Below the pieces are notes generated by a model. It had not been told where the DNA came from, made no database searches, and saw only the letters and a list, made by a program, of their open reading frames with translations. From a virus: a stretch of DNA of 64,000 bases. The stretch lies in the IMG/VR virus record IMGVR_UViG_3300035698_004757, positions 1 to 64,000 of that record; one strand, written 5' to 3'. The translations under genes were made by a program, and so were the position numbers. Position 1 is the stretch's first letter. Each line of letters begins with the position of its first letter. Below, in pieces: positions 56,996-62,134 of the stretch.

Positions 56996-57622
56996 ATGCC
57001 CGAAGCAACGAAGACTGTGATTGTGAACTTGGACGCCGACCGCCATATCTATTTGGAGGTGTTTGAGGGTGAGGACTTGCAGACGCCCTTGCAACTCAAC
57101 AAGGGTCACGTCGCGTGGGACTTATCCGATGCGACAGAGGTTCACGTCGAATACTCGTATCGCGACACATTCGTGTGGGAGGAAGTTTGGACGGCGCAGC
57201 GCACCGGCGAGGATTGGGCGACTGGGCTTTTGCTGCTCAATACACCCGCTCAAGTAACGGGACAAGCTGCGGGCACCTTCCGCGTCACAATGGCCGTCAG
57301 CTTCCCTAATGCTTTGGAGGTCATCATCGACCCCAGCTTTGTCGAGGTTCACCCTCAGCGGGGCTACACCGCTCGCAAGCTGGCTACCCATGTGGACGTG
57401 CCTGTGGACGTGTCAGGGGCACCTACGGCTGCACAGGCGATTGAAGGTGGCGTGGTGTCAACCGTGGCAATGGGTGGCCGGATTGAAGACCTCGGTGACA
57501 TTATCGACGGCGGTGTGGTTGTTGCACACGCTACGGGCGGTACAATGCCCGTGACGCGAAAAGTTGCGGGGCAAGTCGTGGTGACGCCTACTGTGGGTGG
57601 CCAACTGCCGCGTAACATTTGA
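56996..57622 (+). CDS. Structural protein (BppU-like N-domain plus Gly-rich repeats)
   Basis: SD AAGGA before ATG 56996; GED....L.L......DLS.A pattern; I.GGVV...MGG repeats. Confidence 0.55.
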   Translation: MPEATKTVIVNLDADRHIYLEVFEGEDLQTPLQLNKGHVAWDLSDATEVHVEYSYRDTFVWEEVWTAQRTGEDWATGLLLLNTPAQVTGQAAGTFRVTMAVSFPNALEVIIDPSFVEVHPQRGYTARKLATHVDVPVDVSGAPTAAQAIEGGVVSTVAMGGRIEDLGDIIDGGVVVAHATGGTMPVTRKVAGQVVVTPTVGGQLPRNI

Positions 57623-57633
57623 CGCAGCGTCAA
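57619..57633. repeat. 15-bp palindrome (copy 15)
   Basis: Exact; contains TGA stop of 56996..57622. Confidence 0.9.
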
Positions 57634-57661
57634 AACCAAGTCCCCTGAAAGGAGACTACCC

Positions 57662-58342
57662 ATGCTTATGCTTGCGATGTTTAACCTATTCCTATTGGCG
57701 CAGGATGTCGCGCCTGCTGCTGCGGCCGCACCCGCAGTGGACCCCACCATGCCCATATGGTTGCAAGGCTTGCTTGGCCTTATTTCAACCGTCATCACGC
57801 TCGCGCTGATCCCTTACCTGACTCGCAAGGCCAACGAAGCCGAAGCCGAGATGGAGCGGGCACAGGCGGAGACCACCAACGCCAACGTGACGACCCAAAG
57901 CATCATCATCCAACGGCTCAAAGCGTTCATCTATCGCGTCGTCGCCGATGTGATGGAACGCGAGTTTATGCGTGTCGTCGAAGCCATCGCACGCGGTGAG
58001 TTGCGAACAACCGAACAGATAAAAACTGAGTTGTCGCGGTTACATGCCATTGTGCGTGATCGCGCTATCGCTCACTTCGACGGGCAAGGCATCAACATCA
58101 TTGCCGCCGCCGGTGACGAATTACTGGACAGCTTCATTGAGTCTGCCGTTAACAAGTTCAGCCCCTTCCCCGGAAGCGACACTGCAAAAACCTTGCTCAC
58201 TGAACATGTGTCGAATTGGCTTGTGAACAAAGGTGTGGACTACGCACGTAATCGGTGGATCACTGGGCAGGGGCAGGAATCTGTTGCAGCGCACGCTGCT
58301 GCAACAGGCCCGGTTACGACGGGTGAACCTCAGCCGGAGTAA
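57662..58342 (+). CDS. Holin-like membrane protein (LL-H-like)
   Basis: SD AAGGAG; TM segment LLGLISTVITLALIPYL followed by a soluble helical domain ending LD.FIESAV. Confidence 0.5.
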   Translation: MLMLAMFNLFLLAQDVAPAAAAAPAVDPTMPIWLQGLLGLISTVITLALIPYLTRKANEAEAEMERAQAETTNANVTTQSIIIQRLKAFIYRVVADVMEREFMRVVEAIARGELRTTEQIKTELSRLHAIVRDRAIAHFDGQGINIIAAAGDELLDSFIESAVNKFSPFPGSDTAKTLLTEHVSNWLVNKGVDYARNRWITGQGQESVAAHAAATGPVTTGEPQPE

Positions 58343-58345
58343 GGC

Positions 58346-58885
58346 ATGGCGGGTACCAAGCGCAATCTGGTATTCACCGCCGTGGTGGGCATTATCACGG
58401 CGGTGTTGGGCGGCATCGCAGTGCAGGCTGTGTTGTCAGTGGTGCGGTCGTACAGGGAGAACGCAACCAAGGTCATAGGTTTGGATTCATCCGTGACGGC
58501 AGCGTTCGGTGAGATGCAGACTATTGACCAACGATCGCAGGCCACACACACCCGGTCGATCGAGACGGCAGCCAAGATCGACGTGTTGCTCCGTTTGTTG
58601 GACAAGGGCTACTTACACGTACCTAACATCGACGGTCCGGGCAGTAAAAGCCCTGAGTTGGGGGGCGCACAGGTGCCAGACGGCACATCCGGGCACGCAG
58701 GTAGCCCTCCTGACGCCCCGCCTGCTGATCCGGTACGGACACCGTCGCCGAAGCCTGCACCGCCAGAGCGGCGTACAGAGGCTCCTACGATCATCCTCCC
58801 CGTACCGCCGATGCAGCAACAAGCCCCCATCGACCCGGACCTGTACCGGCAGCAGATTGAAATCAAGCGCGGATCGAAGAAGTAA
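58346..58885 (+). CDS. Membrane-anchored protein with Pro-rich C-terminus (lysis cluster)
   Basis: N-terminal TM, short coiled coil, Pro-rich tail. Confidence 0.6.
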   Translation: MAGTKRNLVFTAVVGIITAVLGGIAVQAVLSVVRSYRENATKVIGLDSSVTAAFGEMQTIDQRSQATHTRSIETAAKIDVLLRLLDKGYLHVPNIDGPGSKSPELGGAQVPDGTSGHAGSPPDAPPADPVRTPSPKPAPPERRTEAPTIILPVPPMQQQAPIDPDLYRQQIEIKRGSKK

Positions 58886-58907
58886 CAACCCCGAAAGGAC
58901 TACCACC

Positions 58908-59795
58908 ATGTGGCTATCAGGTATCATCCAAGGTCTCCTTACTGCCTTGCTCAAGTATTGGGACTCAACCAACAAGCAGAAGACGGCGCAAGCCAACGAA
59001 TACCGCGCGATCGGCCGCGAGGCCCAACTCGAAAGCGTCAAGACCAACACACAAGTACAGGCCCGCATCAAAGCGGCCGTGGAGGCACCACGTCCGCCGA
59101 TACGCACGGCTGCGCAGTGGAATGCTGCGGGCATGTTGCTGCTGGTGTGCATGCTGTCACTTACGGGATGCGGGGCATGGACCAAAGTGGTTTATGCGAC
59201 GCACCCCATGCCATACATTGCGATGCCGGAACGTCCGGTACTCGACGAACAAGCACCGCCCATGACGGCCAACGGCCAGCGGGTCATGGACTACGCGATG
59301 CAATTAGAAGCGGGCATCAATGCCTACAACAAGGAAGCGAACAAACACAATGTCCTGTACAGCTACGAAGACGCAGATATCCGAAACGATCCGGCAGACG
59401 ACCAAGGGCCGCCTACTGGGCCTGTGGAAAGTATTGAACGACCTGCGGACCCAGTCGGTTCCAGCGCCATTCGCACTACTGATCCTCAAGAACTTTGCGC
59501 TGATTCAGGGGCAAGTTCTGCCGCACGTGCAAGAGGTCGAAGCCCCCGCAAACATATGCGATTATGTCGCGGGGCTACATCAGGTACAGGTCAAGAGCGC
59601 TGGCGACGACCGCGAGGCGAACATTGCGACGTACCAACAGGCGCACCCGGAAGAACACGCGATGCACGTGGCGCACTTGAGCAAGATCGAAACATTGTTG
59701 GCCGAAGCGATCGACGTAACGACGCACACGATGCCGCTGGAAGCATTCCCGGATATGTCGCCGGAACAACTCAACCGCTTGCTGCTGTTGGTTGA
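58908..59795 (+). CDS. Spanin-like protein: N-terminal anchor and coiled coil fused in frame to a lipobox-containing segment
   Basis: SD AAGGA before ATG 58908; MLLLVCMLSLTGC (Cys 59169-59171) then Pro-rich MPERP.L; 3' half overlaps the next gene. Confidence 0.5.
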   Translation: MWLSGIIQGLLTALLKYWDSTNKQKTAQANEYRAIGREAQLESVKTNTQVQARIKAAVEAPRPPIRTAAQWNAAGMLLLVCMLSLTGCGAWTKVVYATHPMPYIAMPERPVLDEQAPPMTANGQRVMDYAMQLEAGINAYNKEANKHNVLYSYEDADIRNDPADDQGPPTGPVESIERPADPVGSSAIRTTDPQELCADSGASSAARARGRSPRKHMRLCRGATSGTGQERWRRPRGEHCDVPTGAPGRTRDARGALEQDRNIVGRSDRRNDAHDAAGSIPGYVAGTTQPLAAVG

Positions 59796-59832
59796 CGACG
59801 AACCTAAGAAAGCCGATCCAACCGAAGGGTGA
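59350..59832 (+). CDS. Hypothetical helical protein common at phage tail-module ends
   Basis: AAGGA upstream; FAL.I.KN...I ... LL.E.IDV......LE.FP..SPEQL..L..LV.D pattern; terminator follows. Confidence 0.65.
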   Translation: MSCTATKTQISETIRQTTKGRLLGLWKVLNDLRTQSVPAPFALLILKNFALIQGQVLPHVQEVEAPANICDYVAGLHQVQVKSAGDDREANIATYQQAHPEEHAMHVAHLSKIETLLAEAIDVTTHTMPLEAFPDMSPEQLNRLLLLVDDEPKKADPTEG

Positions 59833-59857
59833 CTACCCCCGCTTGGCTTCCTTTCCC

Positions 59858-59903
59858 TACCCGGCACCCCCTATGGTCCACACCACGGGTGCCGGGTATT
59901 TTT
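59858..59903 (+). terminator. Terminator ending the late/structural region
   Basis: TACCCGGCACCC...GGGTGCCGGGTA stem, then TTTTT. Confidence 0.75.
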
Positions 59904-59965
59904 ATGCGCGTCACGGCCGGGTGGGGGCATAATCATTGTTTTTCGTATAATCCGGGATATGCCGC

Positions 59966-59993
59966 TTGACACGGGGAAGCGGCGCGGTATCAT
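59966..59993 (+). promoter_or_regulatory. Sigma70-type promoter TTGACA-16-TATCAT
   Basis: Upstream of ORF 60042, after terminator. Confidence 0.6.
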
Positions 59994-60041
59994 GCACGGG
60001 TCAAGCGGAAGAATCGAACCCTCAGATAAGGACACACAACA

Positions 60042-60809
60042 ATGGCAACTTTCACACCTTTCGGTCTGGTGGAACTTCGCGACCTGCTCAAACAATCAAA
60101 AGGTTGGTTTGAAGCTGACGCAAGTACAATCCCCGCAAACACAGGTGAGGTGGTGCTGGACTTCTGGCCCGGTTCATTCAAAGCTGCGGGTCGCAATATC
60201 GTTATCCGTGTGTACACGCGTATCGACCCGAATACCGGGCAGGTGCGGACCTGTGGCGCTGACGCAATCCGGGTGTGCGCTGTGGACCTCGACCATAACA
60301 AGGGGTACATCAAGGCGCGCCGCGTGCATCGTGTAAAGGGCTGGCGTGATAATATGACAAATCGCATCATGGACGTTGTGCAAGCGGCGCTCGATCGCTG
60401 CGCAAGAGAGGCAAGCACGACTACTGTGGCACCGGCCCCGCTGAAACCTGCGCACCCCACAATCCCGGCCGACTGCAAGACGAAGAAGTCCAAGCTGGCG
60501 TGGCTTCGCGATCAGTGCAGCGCGGACGATGCGGTGGCGCTGGCCGTCGTGCAAACCATATTCAATTTCCAGACCGTGTATGAGCAAGACGCGGGTACGA
60601 CGGTCGAAGATAACGGTGTTGGGTTCTCGGGCATCGACGCGGAACTGCTGACCAGTTTTGTGCAGCAGTTTGAGGCGCGTCACGGGCTGTCGCCGAAACA
60701 ACTCGTGCTGCTGCGGGCCAAGGCCGCGAAGTACGCGAAGCAATACCTGACGGTCACCGGGAAGTTTGACGCTGCGTCAATTTTCGCTGTGCAAGAGGTG
60801 GCGAGATGA
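60042..60809 (+). CDS. Two-domain phage hypothetical protein
   Basis: SD AAGGA; IRVYT.I...G..R..G.DAIRV..RV.R..GWR.N domain plus NGVGFSG.DA..L.SF..LS.KQ..KYA.Q domain. Confidence 0.75.
   Translation: MATFTPFGLVELRDLLKQSKGWFEADASTIPANTGEVVLDFWPGSFKAAGRNIVIRVYTRIDPNTGQVRTCGADAIRVCAVDLDHNKGYIKARRVHRVKGWRDNMTNRIMDVVQAALDRCAREASTTTVAPAPLKPAHPTIPADCKTKKSKLAWLRDQCSADDAVALAVVQTIFNFQTVYEQDAGTTVEDNGVGFSGIDAELLTSFVQQFEARHGLSPKQLVLLRAKAAKYAKQYLTVTGKFDAASIFAVQEVAR
60766..60780. repeat. 15-bp palindrome (copy 16, intragenic)
   Basis: TTGACGCTGCGTCAA; encodes FDAASI. Confidence 0.9.
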
Positions 60810-61108
60810 AGTGCCTTGACCAACTAGAACAACGTGTAACGGAATTGGGCGGCTCGATGGATCGGCAAGGGCTACCGGGCTTCGTTAACCTCGACGCGCC
60901 GGACGGCAAGGTGTGGGGTTGCAGCTTCATACAGTCGTTGTGTGTCAACGGTGCGAGCTATGACGAGACTTGGTGGGTCGAAGCGTGCAAGGATGCCCGC
61001 GAGAGGTTGGCATACGGCGTGTGCGACGATCCGGACCCCGAACTATCGGCTCATGGCCGAGGCACCTGCGATACCGCAACGTGCCAGCATTGCAAAGGGT
61101 GTGCATGA
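60806..61108 (+). CDS. Hypothetical Cys-rich protein
   Basis: SD GAGGTG, ATGA coupling. Confidence 0.6.
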   Translation: MKCLDQLEQRVTELGGSMDRQGLPGFVNLDAPDGKVWGCSFIQSLCVNGASYDETWWVEACKDARERLAYGVCDDPDPELSAHGRGTCDTATCQHCKGCA

Positions 61109-61374
61109 TGGCTAAACCGACTACGGGCGAAAAATACTTTGCGACGCCGCACCGCATCAACGTCCGGGGCGCGGACGACACGGTGACGATCGACTTAAAA
61201 GGACCGAAGTGGGAATGCAAAGTGGTGCTGCCCGCACGGGAACTAATGGGGTGCCTCGACTTGCACGAATACCTTGTAACGGCTGCAAAGGCTGTGGGTT
61301 TTACAAGACCGAAAATGGTTGCCGCAAGCATTACCCAGCTTGTGGCCGAGATGGTGTGGAGCGAGAAATTATGA
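61105..61374 (+). CDS. Hypothetical protein
   Basis: ATGA coupling at 61105. Confidence 0.55.
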   Translation: MMAKPTTGEKYFATPHRINVRGADDTVTIDLKGPKWECKVVLPARELMGCLDLHEYLVTAAKAVGFTRPKMVAASITQLVAEMVWSEKL

Positions 61375-61637
61375 GTGACCAAGAAGACGGACTACAAACC
61401 CTGACCGATACGGTTGAAGCGGCGCGCGAACTGGCCGAGGAACTGGGCGTGCCGATACCGGTGGCATGGAGCCAGCCTGAGTACCGCGCTGTGATGGACG
61501 CGATCCACATGGGCGTCGGCACAGGGGCACTGCGTGACAGCACGGAAACTATGGCGGAGCAAGCGCTGCGCAAGATCGGTGTGGACAAGGCCGACTTGGA
61601 ATTGATTTTTGGTGCCGAGTTCGACCCGGACGCATGA
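61371..61637 (+). CDS. Hypothetical acidic protein
   Basis: ATGA coupling at 61371. Confidence 0.55.
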   Translation: MSDQEDGLQTLTDTVEAARELAEELGVPIPVAWSQPEYRAVMDAIHMGVGTGALRDSTETMAEQALRKIGVDKADLELIFGAEFDPDA

Positions 61638-61715
61638 CTAAGCCTTATCCCCGGTCAGGTGGGACCGCTTGACAACGCCCCACCTGACTTGGGTTTTTAC
61701 TTTGCGAGGTGACTG

Positions 61716-62036
61716 ATGTTAATTGACGATTTTATGCGGGGCGTTGCCGTACTGCGGCGATCGAGTGGGCCGCAGGGGTTCTCCGTGAACCACAACCGAC
61801 TTGACGACGCGACACAGGGGCAGTGGTTCAAGCCGCGACGCGAAGGCCAAGGCATAGGGTCGCAGGTCTACCTCGATTGCGAGCCTCCGACGACGTTTGA
61901 TCGCCCCGACATTCACACGGCTGCGGCAAACGGTGAACTGCGAATGCGCGACTATCTGCCGGGCACGAACACAGGTCAGTACGACGAACTTTTGGCGGCA
62001 ACACAAGACGGGGTGCCGGGTATTGCACCAAATTGA
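61716..62036 (+). CDS. Hypothetical protein
   Basis: SD GAGGTG, 106 aa. Confidence 0.5.
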   Translation: MLIDDFMRGVAVLRRSSGPQGFSVNHNRLDDATQGQWFKPRREGQGIGSQVYLDCEPPTTFDRPDIHTAAANGELRMRDYLPGTNTGQYDELLAATQDGVPGIAPN

Positions 62037-62061
62037 CACACAAGCGTATTTACCGTACAGT
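62033..62061 (+). promoter_or_regulatory. Sigma70-type promoter TTGACA-17-TACAGT
   Basis: Upstream of recQ-like gene. Confidence 0.6.
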
Positions 62062-62134
62062 ACGCAAACTTAATTACACGCTCGGGAACCCCCACCAACG
62101 CAATGTTGTGGGCACCCGTAAAAAGGACAATCCG

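Noticed and set aside
189-60780. Palindrome series as a CRISPR array or REP/transposon ends
   Set aside because: Copies are kilobases apart, only 15 bp, with no spacer structure, no cas or transposase gene and no shared flanks
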